A stretch of DNA of 64,000 bases from Tubiluchus corallicola (taxonomy: Eukaryota; Animalia; Priapulida). The position numbers and the translations under genes are program-made. The DNA is taken from positions 1-64,000 of the forward strand of contig JAQGDQ010000790.1 of the NCBI GenBank assembly GCA_030141605.1, in the 5' to 3' direction. This document shows positions 39,109 through 52,318 of this stretch, in pieces; the stretch's first letter is position 1, and each line of letters starts with the position of its first letter. Under the pieces are notes generated by a model, which was not told the origin of the DNA, did no database searches, and worked only from the letters and a program-made list of their open reading frames with translations.

Positions 39109-40293
39109 GGGCCATTTCACACAGATGACGGGCGGCAAAATTCCGCGAGAAAAATTGAAACACTTTGCTTTCCACGGAGCATTTCATACAGACGCCTTCT
39201 CAGGAAACTTCTTCGTAGAATTCCGTCAGCTAGAAGCCATGCGTCCTACTCACGAGGAAATTTTCTGCTTGGTACGATATACTGCGTCTGTTTTTGGTTT
39301 TCTTTCCCACAACTTAATGTGTCGTGAATTAATTTATAATGTCTGTTCTAGGTTATTAAAGGAAGACACGATGATTTTCTGTATACTACCCCATTTTCAT
39401 GTACGGTATACATGATGTATACATTTATACTTTACACCAGTAACACCAATAACACTGCAAAAGGGTTTCTGATAACTAAATAATAGACTGAAATCTTAAT
39501 TAACGGCAGGCGAGCCCAACTATTGATGACGTCACAAACAAACATCCCATGAGTGTGTTGCATTGTGTTTGCAAAAACCAAAATTGAAGCACGGTGCAAC
39601 TGTACGAGATTCAGTGTGTTTTACAAAAACTCGGCAAGATTCAAGACAAAATTCAAATTTAGCGTTGTGCTCAGACATGAGCTGACGAATGTGCGCAGCA
39701 CGTCACAAACGAATAACATTGAACTGACAGGTACGGCACCTGTTTTTGTGCAACGCGTTTCCAAAAAGCAAGCGCTAGTTCCCGTCTAAGTAGCGAATGG
39801 CGAAGTGCAAGTAACAGCGAAGACAAACGCGAAATTGTATTTCAGTAGTAATGTAATTCTTTCACGTAAGTCATTCTTGAAAAAATAGTATGTTTCTTTT
39901 CAATATCTTAAAGAGTAGATTGCTGTTGACCTACAGTTTAAGATCGTGTTCAGTTTTGCTTTAAGGCAATGCCGAAGGCAACAACGAATGAATGGCACTT
40001 GTATAAAAATTATTGCATATCTATTGTTCACAAACCCTGAAGATTTTGCTGGCTACTCTAAAAATGAACAGGTTTTATGTCTATTGAACTTATTAATTAC
40101 AATTTCTATAAACTACAATTTCTAAAGGCATTGAATGCGGGAGCTAGGTAGACGCAGGGGAATACCGTTCGGTTTCTGTATAAAATGAACTTTCATGCTT
40201 CATGGGTTAGAACGAAGAAATCGATTTTTCTCTGACAATGATTCCGTGTGTCATTTCCCTCGCTTACCCTCCGTACTCTGTGTGAAACGGGCC
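39109..40293. mobile_element. PIF/Harbinger-like MITE
   Basis: TIR GGGCCATTTCACACAG / GGCCCGTTTCACACAG (14/16); TTA TSD on both sides. Confidence 0.75.
39360..39960. mobile_element. Kolobok-like element, same family, nested in a Harbinger MITE
   Basis: TTAA on both sides; collinear with the other copies. Confidence 0.75.
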
Positions 40294-40889
40294 TTAGGTG
40301 GTATTCCTTCAAGCAAGTGATTTGAAAAACCCACTAACGATAATGGGACCACATTGTTCGCACGCATTTTCTCCGCCCAGAGCAAGTCTTGTTCGACTCC
40401 ACCTCTCCACAATTTTGAATAATGGCATACATTTAACCTTTATGAATTGAGGTACATGCTTCAATGCCCATTGTCCAGCCAAGCGAATGAACAGGTGTGA
40501 CGGCACAAGTGGTCACCCAGCAAGTTATGTGTATATCGCTCTTGCGCATATTTTTACTATAAATAAATATTTCATTTTAGAGCGTTAAAGGACAAGACAA
40601 CCCTTTACTAACATAAAGGTAAAAAACTGTCTTGAAATTTTGTACGCCTGCAACACACAGCTTGTATTAACAAAAAGTACAAGCAGGGCTGTATAAAACT
40701 TGTAAATTTAAACTCACGCAATGACATTTAGGCGCACCCATTTTAATGGTAGGTTGTCTGAAATAAGTTTAGGTAAGGTTTAAAAAATAATCACAGGATT
40801 CGCAGAGCACACTTTTATGTTGCTAATACGGTTAAAATAGATTCATTAGTGAGTCAGTGGTGCACATTGCGACAGTGATTTGAGTTGAT

Positions 40890-41700
40890 TTAATATTTTA
40901 TTTCAAACTTTACAAAGTTCATAATATATTATATTATACACATCACAAATTAATACAAATAATACAATAAATCATGACACACAACAATAACCCAAGTAAC
41001 AATTAACGATATAACAAACTACGCCAATGGCGTCTAATTACAGAAGAAAAGTTTACATCACTGTTTAAAATGTTCTTGCATATAGAATTTTCACTCTTAT
41101 TCAGCCTGACGTGTAAACTGTATGCACATTTTCTGTATGCACATCAAAATAAATAATATTAAGTCTAGTAGAAATATATCTAGCGCTCGTATCATATGAA
41201 AAGTTAAACAGCTTCCGTGTTGATACATTATATGCAACCTTGAGTTTGCTAAGATTGAAAGAATAAAAATGTCTCCAAGTGGACATACTATAAAAAGTAG
41301 TGCAGTAAGCATTAAACAATAGTCTCTTTACGTTAACTGAACAGTGAGTAAATTTCATAAGAAATTTATTTGCTCTACCATAGTAAATTGAGCATTGCCG
41401 TGATATATCTAAATCATCTCTATTGTCATCTGATAAAATATGACCCAGGTATTTTTCCGTTTTACTAGGTACAAAACTTTTACACTGCAAAACAACAGAC
41501 CCAAATGTAAACTGCTGCATGTGGGCAGAGCGAAACGTGACAAGTTTAGTCTTATTCACATTTACAAGGATATCATATTCTTCAGCAAATTTATTAAAAC
41601 TATCTAGCAGTCTCTGCAAAGCCGTCGAGGTTGTTGCTAAAAGACATATGTCATCAGCGTACATCAAGTGATTGATGCAGGCTTCAGTAATGTGACAACG
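40890..41700 (-). mobile_element. 5'-truncated non-LTR retrotransposon relic (RTE-X-like reverse transcriptase C-terminal half)
   Basis: NHLMYADDICLL...NVNKTK...KYLGH...DDLDISRQ...KRLLFNAYC; frameshift near the end; AATAAA near 40900. Confidence 0.85.
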
Positions 41701-42234
41701 CATACAAGAGTAAGTGAAACAGTGAAACAGTGACGCTTTAGTAGACAGAACAAACATTTATAATTGCTAACAAATTTCTTTTGTAGTTACATAAGTCCCA
41801 CACAGGTAAGTGTAATGTTAAGTAATAGAACTTTGCATGGAAAATTTTTTGGGACACACTTTATAATACTCTTTTCTTCACGTTTAAAGGGTACTTGAAC
41901 AATAAACAGATAAGAGATCATGCTTCAGTCTTCTATTAATAATATCATTATAATTATTTTATCATACATTTTTTAATTCGAATTTGATTTGAACATAGAA
42001 TTATGGATCCGAAAAAACATGCAATTAGCATAATTTAGCTGCAATTTCTATGCGCCATTTTTTAAACAAATTTTCAGTGATTTTACTGAGGAATAAAATC
42101 AAGTAATATGCATCTTGCAAGATTACTTTTTAGTAACGATACGAAAATTTATTCGAAGTTTTCTAAAACTGACTTCGAACTCGATTTGGATTCAAAATCT
42201 TGAAATTCGCTTTCACCCGGAATTTGAAAGGTAA

Positions 42235-43460
42235 GTAATTGTTTGTGATGTGGTTACGCCATGTGAACGGTGCAAATAAATGTTTTTGATGTGGTTACAC
42301 CGCCTGGGCGGTGTAAATGACTGTTTGTGATGTGGTAACGTAGTCTGTTCAGTGTAAATAACTGTTTGTGATGTGGTAACACTGTCTGCTCGGTGTAAAT
42401 AACTGTTTGTGATGTGGTAATGCTGTCTGCTCGGTGTAAATAAACTGCTTATGGTGTGGTATATGCTGTCTGCTCGGTGCAAATAACTGTTTGTGATGCG
42501 GTAACGCTGTCTGGGCAGTGTAAATAATTGTTTGTGATGTGGTAATGTAGTCTGTTCAGTGTAAATAACTGTTTGTGATGTGGTAACACTGTCTGCTCGG
42601 TGTAAATAACTGTTTGTGATGTGGTAACGCTGTCTGCTCGGTGTACATAACTGTTTGTGATGTGGTGATGCTGTCTGCTCGATGTAAATAAACTGCTTGT
42701 GGTGTGGTGTATGCTGTCTGCTCGGTGCAAATAACTGTTTGTGATGTGGTAACGCTGTCTGCTCGGTAAATAACTGTATGTGATGTGGTTACGCCATCTG
42801 CACGGTAAAAATAACTGTTTGTGATGTGGTAACGCAGTCTGCCTTGGTGTAAGTAACCTGCTTGTGGAGTGGTAACGTAGTCTACCTTGGTGTAAATAAC
42901 TGCTTGTGGAGTGGTAATGCAGTCTGCTCGGTGTAAATAAACTGCTTGTGGTATGGTAAAATAGTCTGCTTTGGTGTAAATAACTGCTTGTGGTGTGGTA
43001 ACGTAGTCTGCTCTGTGTAAATAAACTGCTTGCGGTGTGGTAACGTAGTCTGCTCAGGGTAAATAAACTGCTTGTGGTGTGGTAACGTAGTTTGCTCAGG
43101 GTAAATAAACTGCTTGTGGTGTGGTAACGTAGTCTGCTCAGTGTAAATAAACTGCTTGTGGTGTGGTAACGTAGTCTGCTCAGTGTAAATAAGTGCTTGT
43201 GGTGTGGTAACGTAGTCTGCCCAGGGTAAATAAACTGCTTGTGGTGTGGTAACGTAGTCTACTGAGGGTAAATAAACTGCTTGTGGTGTGGTAACGTAGT
43301 CTACTGAGGGTAAATAAACTGCTTGTGGTGTGGTAACGTAGTTTGCTCAGGGTAAATAAACTGCTTGTGGTGTGGTAACGTAGTCTGCTCAGTGTAAATA
43401 AGTGCTTGTGGTGTGGTAACGTAGTCTGCCCAGGGTAAATAAACTGCTTGTGGTGTGGTA
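42235..43460. repeat. 41-42-bp minisatellite, about 29 copies, two subtypes
   Basis: AAATAACTGTTTGTGATGTGGTAACGCTGTCTGCTCGGTGT grading into AAATAAACTGCTTGTGGTGTGGTAACGTAGTCTGCTCAG; orphan unit at about 46605. Confidence 0.95.
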
Positions 43461-44312
43461 AACAGTCAATCTCAGCTACTAATCTACTAATAAAACGAGA
43501 TAAATTGTTGTAACATGAACAGTTCATACAAGCGAACTGCATATATTCAACGTCACACCATTTCTCCTATATATGTGCTAATCTGTTCGATAAAATAACC
43601 AATCAAATAGCTTAGTCTTAAGAAGTGTTAAAAAAATTGAAAAAAAACCTGAAATATTCGTAACTACTATGTATGGCTAGAGGTCTCACAGACTGTGAGA
43701 TACTAAACAAGTGACGTCACACACAAATTTCAAATGCATTCCAACATCGTGAAAAAATTCATGTACCGTGCTAAGCCTTTAACAAGCACTCGTTGTATTA
43801 AGGTGGATGTGACCCGAAACAGACCTTTTAACTTAACGTTTACCGTTATCTTAAAAATGCCTCCAGGACTGATCTAAATCAGGCGGAAATTATTTGAAGG
43901 TTAATTTTATTTTGCTTCGGTAGTCAGTAGCCGGCAAGCTTTTTATGATGTTAAAATTATGTTTTTAAAGGACAAGAAAAGAAGCACCTGAAGTAGGTTT
44001 CAGAAAAATCGCCTTAAAATATTATACTACTTTACAGCAAGTTTATGCGTATATCATATTCGCGCTGAAAGGAATTACGAATGCTCTGATTATTTTTTCA
44101 AACTGTACTTAATGTTATCAAAACTTGTTTCAAACGACCTACCATGAAAATGGCTGCGTCTAACGGTCCCCGCGGGAGTTTAAATTTACACGTTTTATAC
44201 AGCATTACGGCCTATGCAAGCCATGCATACGAAAAGGCAGTATGTAAGTTGCATAAAATTTCGAGACGAATTTTTTAAGTTTTATATTGACGAAGGGTTT
44301 TTTTGTGCTTTA

Positions 44313-44805
44313 AGGAAAACCGGATCTCATCTTATACTATAGCTTAAAACAATATCTTCTATATATTGAAAGGGGACATACTCTTTTTCAAGAATGACTT
44401 ACGTGGAATTATTGCTACTTACCTGAAAGAATTATTGGCCACTAGAACGTAATTTTGCATTCGAACGATTATTTCTTCACGATTACAAACCTTTTGCAAT
44501 TCGCTACTTAGATGGGCACTAACGCCTACATCTGAGAAACGTATTGTACAAAAACAGGTGCTGTACTGCTCAGTTTAGGCGTGTTCAGTTGTGACGTTTG
44601 GCACATGTGCGAGCACAGCCGTAAACTTGAAATTTGAATTTTAAGCAAAAAATTTGCCAAGTATTTGTATATGAGACTGAATGTTATATAGTACCATTGT
44701 ATTACAATTTTGCTTTCGCAAACGCATGTAACACGCTCATGGAATGTTTGGCTGTTGGAAATTATGTTCAGTTGTGATGTCATGATGTCACCACTAATTG
44801 GGCAC
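44313..44805. mobile_element. Kolobok-like element, same family, inverted and truncated
   Basis: Starts AGGAAAACCGGA; reverse complement matches the 3' part of the other copies. Confidence 0.7.
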
Positions 44806-44970
44806 CTATCCACCTACCTACCAATCTGACCTAATTGCCTCTCTGTCTGTCTGCCTTACTGTCTGCGTATCTATCTACACATAACTTAATTAGCGTTTTT
44901 AAGAGACTGTTTTCCCACCATTTTTGTTGCTAATCATTTCTAACCGACACATTTCGCTGTACTCAAAAGT

Positions 44971-45075
44971 CGGAAGTTAAAAACCGGAAATAGCTTCACA
45001 AGTAACAACTGTTCATATTTGCGCAGCATCCTATGCATTTAATTACCACGGCGGCCTTCTCAGTTGCTAGGTAAC
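44971..45075. promoter_or_regulatory. Motif cluster in calpain intron 1: two ETS sites and an RFX X-box
   Basis: CGGAAGT (44971), ACCGGAAAT (44983), GTTGCTAGGTAAC (45063-45075); motif matches only. Confidence 0.45.
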
Positions 45076-46102
45076 AACAACATCATCTCACCGAAGACCA
45101 TTCCCTGTCTCCCATCAACCTCAGCACCAATTAAGAGGGGAATATCTACCATTGGCTTAAAGAAATGGCGTTTGCATTACGGCGCCAGTTAAAAGATGAT
45201 TTAGATGATCCTCTGTTGGTTTCCTTGAAATGTTAGGAAACATAAAATGTCACATTTACAGAAGAAAAGGCAAAAGATAAAAGGCATTTTGTGAGAGGCT
45301 GTATGAGTAATAATCAATTTCTATTAGATACAATGTTAGAAAATTTTCTATTAAATACAATGGCCCATATGGAATTCAATTGCTCCAGCTATTAAAAATG
45401 CCAACTCGCTGTCCATATTTAAAAAAAATTAAATTAAACTTACTTGAAACATATAACTGATCACTCAATCACGATTTGTTGTTTTTCATTTTCAAAAACT
45501 TCCCCTCTAGTATAATAATATTTTTATTACTTCCCACCCCTAATCATATTTGTATATATTGTAATATTGTATCTGTATATATTGTAATTTTTTTCGTAGC
45601 TAATTCTAGTGGCCTACCATAAGCTAGCTTCTTAGGTCTCTAGCGCAGAATTCATGAATTGTATCATATTTTTATATTAACAAAAACTGATTATCGATGC
45701 ACATGTAATGTGTATGTATATGTTTATTGCGAAAATAAATCTATTAAATCTAAATCTAAAATCAAATATACTGTGATTTATACAGTGTACTGACGAGGAA
45801 AAACATGTATCGTTAAGAGGGAGTTGATTTCACATTTTTCCCTCCTAAAAGCACTTACTCTAAAGTTTAGGAACTAAGACTACATTATCAACAGTGCAAA
45901 ACATAGCTAGTGTCTACTGTTTTTTCTTGCAATACGTTCTTTTGTATATAGTGGGTAAACTTCGTGTGTGTGTGCAACTGATTTTAATGCATTAAATGTT
46001 TTTATATAACACACTTTTCACGGAAATAAAGCAGAATGGAACTGAATAGCTAGGTGTTTGCTTCCTTACAATTTCTTCTTTTTGAAAGTCCAATTATCAT
46101 GT

Positions 46103-46368
46103 CAACACAGGGGTGGACATGGGTTTTCCAGGTGTGTAATCTAGTGACCCTTCAATCAGATAACCACAACACAGGGGTGGACATGGGTTTTCCAGGTGTG
46201 TAATCTAGTGACCCTTCAATCAGATAACCACAACACAGGGGTGGACATGGGTTTTCCAGGTGAGTAATCTAATGACCCTTCAATCAGATGACCACAACAC
46301 AGGGCTGGACATGGGTTTTCCAGGTGAGTAATCTAATGACCCTTCAATCAAATGACCACAACACTGGG
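46103..46368. repeat. 64-bp tandem repeat, about 4 copies
   Basis: Unit CAACACAGGGGTGGACATGG...CAGATAACCA. Confidence 0.95.
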
Positions 46369-46723
46369 TTGACATAGCAGCTTGCAAAAATTGCAACGTT
46401 TTGACATGTGACCTATTACGTGCAAATAAAACAGGTAAATGTAAGAGAAAAAAAATTGCACCTAATTTGATCTCAGGAAATAATTCTTGGATGTTTCTTA
46501 ATATCAGGTCTCATCTTAGTGAATTATATGGCAATTTTAATGCTGACATAAAACTTGAATTGAATTGAGTTATTCCTACATAGACGGGGATGGAAAAAAG
46601 AGCTATAACTGTTTGTGATGTGGTAACACCGTCTGCACGGTAAAAATAACTGTTTGTTATAACTTTTTCTAAAACATTTATAAATCTTCAAGTCAATTCA
46701 TACAGGCACTTCACAGCATTTAT

Positions 46724-47027
46724 TATTAAAACAACACACTTATTAAAACTCTAATTTACAACAGTTTGAGAAACATTTATAAAGGTTTCGATGGCAATTA
46801 GCTGTCATCATCAGTATCATCGTGCTACACTCAGTATACAAACAACAAACCAGTTTATATAGGCAGAGCCTACAGTATAGAAAATAGTGCTCTAATTGTT
46901 TATTTACAAAGAAGCCAAAGTAATGAATAAACAGACCAATACTACTGATGATGACAGCTGATTGCTGATGCGTTTTCTAAACAGTGGTAAATTAAAGTTT
47001 TTGATAAAAGTTGTGTTGTTTTAGTAA
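46724..47027. repeat. Long imperfect palindrome (fold-back MITE)
   Basis: Arms such as AGCTGTCATCATCAGTAT / ATACTGATGATGACAGCT, and TAAAACAACAC / GTGTTGTTTTA. Confidence 0.7.
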
Positions 47028-48523
47028 TTCCTAAATCTATGTAGAGCACCGACACAATATAAATTTTTTGGCTCCTTGCCATAATCGGCTGGAAGGAAAA
47101 AGCTCCTAGGTCACTGATGAGCCTTGACCCGATCCGCAGACATGTTTTTAATTGTATCTAAATTAGATCGATTGCCGTTCCGCATTTCACGCAAACGCCT
47201 CACCAATCCTGACACACAGCGCATGAGACAGTGCCTAACTTTTAGCTTTCATAAGGTTTTCCACATTGGCAACAGCCAGGCATTCTATTACCAATAAGGT
47301 GTTAACTACATACACTGGCTTAACACGTAATGAAGCCATTCCAGGGTAGTACAATGCAGCTGATGTATTATTCATGCAGCAATCCATCAGCAGTCCCAAA
47401 TGAAACCATAAACGTGACTGTGAACATTGTCAACAAACATTATTACATTGCAGTTATATTGCATTGAAATACAAGGTGACCAATTTCAATTTGGCAAATT
47501 GCCAGAAACACTACTACTCAACGATACTGAAATGAATAACCAATTCAAACGCTCAAGGAACATATTTACGAATTCACTTTGTTTATCGGGCGTCTTCTTT
47601 GTGGTATTTTTTTACCAGAAAAGTGTTGCTGTGTTAATTAAAACCTCTGCTCCACAATACTGAAATGACTAAACAATTCAAGCGCTCAAGGAACATATTT
47701 ACGAATTCACTTTGTTCATCGGGCGTCTTCTTTATGGTATTTTTTACCAGAAAAGTGTTGCTGTGTCAATTAAAACCTCTGCTATATCAAAAAGAAAGTT
47801 AGAATAGAAACTACTGCATTCAAAAATCAGAACGCGAAATCTTTTTATATACTTTAATTCACAATTTCACCTTTCTAATGTGGTCACTTACGGTCAGTGG
47901 CCAATAGTCACTATTTTCTTGCCTGCTGATGCAAATGGTAGACCGATTTGCTAATTTGCATATTGATATTTTCACTTTTAAAAATATTAGTGGACACAAA
48001 TTAATGGAGGTGGACACCATTGAAATGCAGCTTCTTATAATTTTTTTCTAATGTGGTCACTTACGGTCAGTGGCCAGTGGTCACTTTTTCTTGCCTGCTT
48101 ATTTGGAGATATTTGCATGTAAAATATTAGCGACTTTTAAAAATATTAGTGGACACAAATTCATGGAGGTGGACACCATTGATGTGCAGTTTCTAATAAT
48201 TTTTTTCTTGCAAGGTTTTGGTGGACTCATCCCAGCAGTGTTGTAACATAGACAAATTACTTTTTCAAACGAAAGATTCTTTTACAGTGCGGTTGAACCA
48301 GTTCTGCTAAAAACTCGAAAATGACAATTTCTTCTTGCAGAAGACAAATGAACAAAAAAGGTTGCATTTTAGAACCAGGTGTGTTTTCTTACATAGAAGA
48401 CAAATGAGAGCATCCAATGGTTCATCATAATTAATTTTTGCAAAGACAAACATCAGTATAGGAAAATAACAATGTATTCTAGAACTGAATTGGTTATAAA
48501 AAATATAGAATAAACAAACTTAC

Positions 48524-48880
48524 GTGTGGACGCTTCCATTCTACGCGTCGAGGGGGTCGCTGGCTGAAAAAAAGAGCCGCATCTCCCGCCGGAAAATCCG
48601 GATCCTCATACAGCTTTCCGGATGATAGCAACTTCGACTTGAGGGTGTCGTAATCGTCGTCCCCTCTCGTGTAAGACTTGTTACCACACGTAGACACGGG
48701 CTTAGGCTTCTCACGACTGCCTGGCTCCCCCGGCTTAGGTCCGCCCCCTTTCTTCGCTGATTTAACAGGTTTCGCCTTGGTGGCGTTGGACTGCGGTTCC
48801 TGTGCCGCGGCGCGAGTGTCGTTGCCATGGTGATGGTGTCCTCTGCTTCCGATCTTAAACACACGTTTGAAAAAAGGCAT
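48524..48880 (-). CDS. Calpain exon 1 (N-terminal extension and start of CysPc)
   Basis: MPFFKRVF...LYEDPDFPA...VEWKRPH|gtaagt; 357 nt, phase 0. Confidence 0.93.
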
Positions 48881-49086
48881 TATTTACTCTCTAATTGGTG
48901 TAGAAATCATATAATTAACGAGCAAATACGAGCACACAGGCGGAGAATATAGCAGCCGCCACCCAAACACCCAGCCACACAAGATCTATCTGTCGCCAGC
49001 GCTAGAGTTTGGCTTCCTACATCGTTGGTTATCGGGGAAACGCAAGTTTGAGAGCAGCCATAGTGGGAGAGAGAGAGCCTGCGTGG

Positions 49087-49094
49087 TATTTATA
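49087..49094 (-). promoter_or_regulatory. Probable TATA box of the calpain gene
   Basis: TATAAATA in G/C-rich context, about 210 nt upstream of the ATG. Confidence 0.55.
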
Positions 49095-50002
49095 GGAGCA
49101 GAGCCACATGTGGTTTTCATATACGCTCACATTCGAGAGATGACAGACAAAATATTTACGAAACTTTTACTGGACGTACGCTTGGTACTGTAGAGAAAAG
49201 TTTCCGCTTCGTGCGTGAACGTTCTAGCCAAACCAGATCCACTGTCTGTACTCATGCCTAACAGAAAGAGGCTAAATCTAAGTCTGGCGCTAAACAAATG
49301 ATTAAAAAGCATAAAATATGAGTTACAAACAGCATAAAGTTACAAATAGTACACTAGGCCTACCATTGCCGTGCGAATCATGATAACACGAGCAAGAATG
49401 AACTCCAAACTTCATGTGTGCAGAGTTTCACGTTACGGTAATGCTAATATAACCGTAATTACCATAGTATGGGCAGCGTTGATGGATATGAAGTTTCACG
49501 TGTATGCTATTATGACCTGGTACTAATTAACTATACGGGTGGGTTTTAATTACAATTCTCAGCACGCTTGGCAGATGTACGCACGTGCGCAGAAGGGGTG
49601 AATTCTGGAATGAGGAAGTGAGGCAGAGGCTGAATGATAGTATCAAAGTTATTAACTCAACTAATAGAACTAGAAGTCATGTATATAATTAATAAAATGT
49701 GATTTAAAACATCGAAATTGTTGATCGTTAACACGTACGGAAAATCAATTATGTGCACAAAATGTAAACTTTAAAGATTCATTAACGGTGAAGTAAAAAC
49801 GGAATTTTTCTTACCAAAAGCCCAATTTCAGAATATTGCACGTACAATTCTTACTTGCAAACTTATTTTCATTGCAAAAATAGAAAATTTCAATCGCTAC
49901 TGCATTATATATTAAACCAAAAAAACGCTGAAAAGATTGATTAAATGTTAAACCCGAAATGAAGCCAATTTGCTCTGGCTTAAACTTGATTATGGAACTG
50001 AA

Positions 50003-50670
50003 TCCAGGTAAAAAAGTCACGGAAAAAAGTCACAGGAGAAAGGTTCAGGAAAAGTAACTCTACAACTAACCCTAAGTTTAACCCTAACCCTAACCCTATC
50101 TCTAACCCTAACTCTAATTCTAACCCTAACTCTAACCCTCGTCAAAATTGATTGTGACTTTTTTTTCAGGAAAAAGTAACCCTAACCCTAACTCTAACCC
50201 TAGTCAAAATTGATTGTGACTTTTTTTTCAGGAAAAAGTAACCCTAACCCTAACTCTAACCCTCGTCAAAATTGATTGTGACTTTTTTTTTCAGGAAAAA
50301 GTAACCCTAACCCTAACTCTAACCCTAGTCAAAATTGATTGTGACTTTTTTTTCAGGAAAAAGTAACCCTAACCCTAACTCTAACCCTAGTCAAAATTGA
50401 TTGACTTTTTTTCAGGAAAAAGTAACCATAACCCTAACTCTAACCCTACTCAAAATTGATTGGACCTTTTTTCAGGAAAAAGTAACCCTAACCCTAACCC
50501 TAACTCTAACTCTAACCCTAGCCAAAATTAGCTGTGACTTTTTTCAGGAAAAAAGTAACCCTAACCCTAACCCTAGTCAAAATTGATTTTGACTTTTTTC
50601 TGTTACTTTTTTCCTATAAAAAAATGTTACTTCTTTCGTGTCTTTTTTCCTGTGACTTCATTACCGGTCA
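50003..50670. repeat. Interspersed element with about 62-bp units containing (TAACCC)n
   Basis: CAGGAAAAAGTAACCCTAACCCTAACTCTAACCCTAGTCAAAATTGATTGTGACTTTT units between inverted AAGTCACAGG / CCTGTGACTT ends; related pieces at about 51370-51540 and 58045-58140. Confidence 0.85.
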
Positions 50671-51629
50671 TGTATGGAACTATATCTAGAAATTCAGAAG
50701 TTGATTACAAAATTCCTAAAACCGAAAGCTACACAATTACATAGTACAGTAGTAGAGTACTTACTACCATAATGCACTGTCAAACACACGAGTATCTCCA
50801 AGTAACCGAGCACTAGGAATGTCAGGAAATGAGATAGCCCACGTTAGTATGAGAGGCTAGATAACACAGAAGTGACAGTAGGAAGTTTGAATAGCGTCCC
50901 AATTAATGCACGTTCATCAATAAATCGTTAATTTCCTTAATAGGTCCTGATGACCCGACACTAGTGCTCTCGTCAAGCGAAGCTGATTTCTGGAGGACCT
51001 GTTTAGATGGAAACCTCATAAGCTGACAGAAGAAAGTTCAATTTAAACCTGTCAGATGGCCACCATACTTATAAAACAAAGCATCCAGCACCAGTATCTC
51101 ACGTCATAGAGGCTCAACCTGCCAGCACGCCAACAATAAGACTTCAACTGTTCAGAGCTGTATAAATACCCGGCATTTTTCCGGGAAAACTCCCTGGACG
51201 TATAAAACAATAAAGCCGTGTTTTGAATCTAAGCTAGTTAATGGGCTAACAAAACAAGAAGAAGAAATCATCCCTAGGAAATGAGGAAGACCAATGACCA
51301 AAAAGTGCTGCAGTGAAGAACATCACAAAAATACTCCTCTTTGCAATTTCTTTATTGGTTTATTGGTAATAAAGTCACTAGAAACAAAATCAGGGGAAAA
51401 AAATCACAATTTTGGCTAGGAAAAAAGGTCACAACTAATTCTGGCTAGGGTTGGGGTTTTAAGGTCAAGATCAGAGTTAGGGTTATTTCTTTTTTTACCT
51501 GTGACGTTTTACCTGTGACATTTTACTTAAATTCCCTCCCTTACATAGGTAAAGTGGCAAAAGCTGCTCCTTGGCCAGTGACACATCTATTTATTGACCA
51601 AGCTGGAAGTTGCTTACCTGGTCACTGAG

Positions 51630-51736
51630 TGCAGCAACAACAACTACAAAAACAGCAGCAGCAGCAATAGCAGCTACAACGGCAACAACAACAATAACAA
51701 CAACAGCAACAACAACAACAGCAACAACAACAGCAA

Positions 51737-51768
<32 letters not shown>

Positions 51769-51830
51769 ACAGCAACAACAACAACAGCACCACCACCAAC
51801 AACAACAATAATAATAAGAATAAGAATAAT
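51630..51830. repeat. (CAA/CAG)n triplet repeat
   Basis: Read directly. Confidence 0.9.
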
Positions 51831-52318
51831 TTTACTGTGGATATATTGATATGTGTTGTGTTTACTTTATAATACTTTTCTTAATTTCTTGTTTTGTATG
51901 TATAATAGTAATTTTATTTTTTAGTAATTGCTAACCACACTTGGACTGTAAGTGAAATAACGTTACGTTTTTACATATCCAAGTAAAAAGTAAATTTATG
52001 TATTTCTGTTCTATTCTATTCAGTCAAGCGTTACTGTTTGTTTTGCAGCACCCTGTACGTATCACGCATTTTTCGGCTTGTTTACAAGCAAGCAACTGGA
52101 GACACAGGAAATGCTGGTCTCTTCCAACAACACGCCACACATTTCATCTCCCATGCTTCATCCTTCAAGACGCTTTCAAGAAAGTTTATTTAGAAAATCA
52201 TTTCGTCAGCAGGAAAACGTGGCGTGCTGTAGACTTACAGGAAGTTTCACACTCACTAGTGCTATATATGGAATTTAAATCACTCACGGGGTGTTAAAAC
52301 ATGTATGCATGTTTGGCA

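Noticed and set aside
40309-40506. ORF containing MPLFKIV, similar to the calpain start MPFFKRV
   Set aside because: Similarity limited to a few residues; no in-frame donor or calpain motifs follow.
42235-43460. CRISPR-like periodicity (also the 34-, 64- and 71-bp arrays)
   Set aside because: No unique spacers and no cas genes; eukaryotic intronic or intergenic tandem repeats.
47204-47224. Alternative first exon MRCVSGL|gtgagg
   Set aside because: Only a donor and a nearby ATG, as expected by chance in a 12-kb intron.
50940-51015. Hammerhead-like CTGATGA (also at 47114)
   Set aside because: No correctly placed GAAAC with a convincing stem II; at best a degenerate Penelope-type relic.
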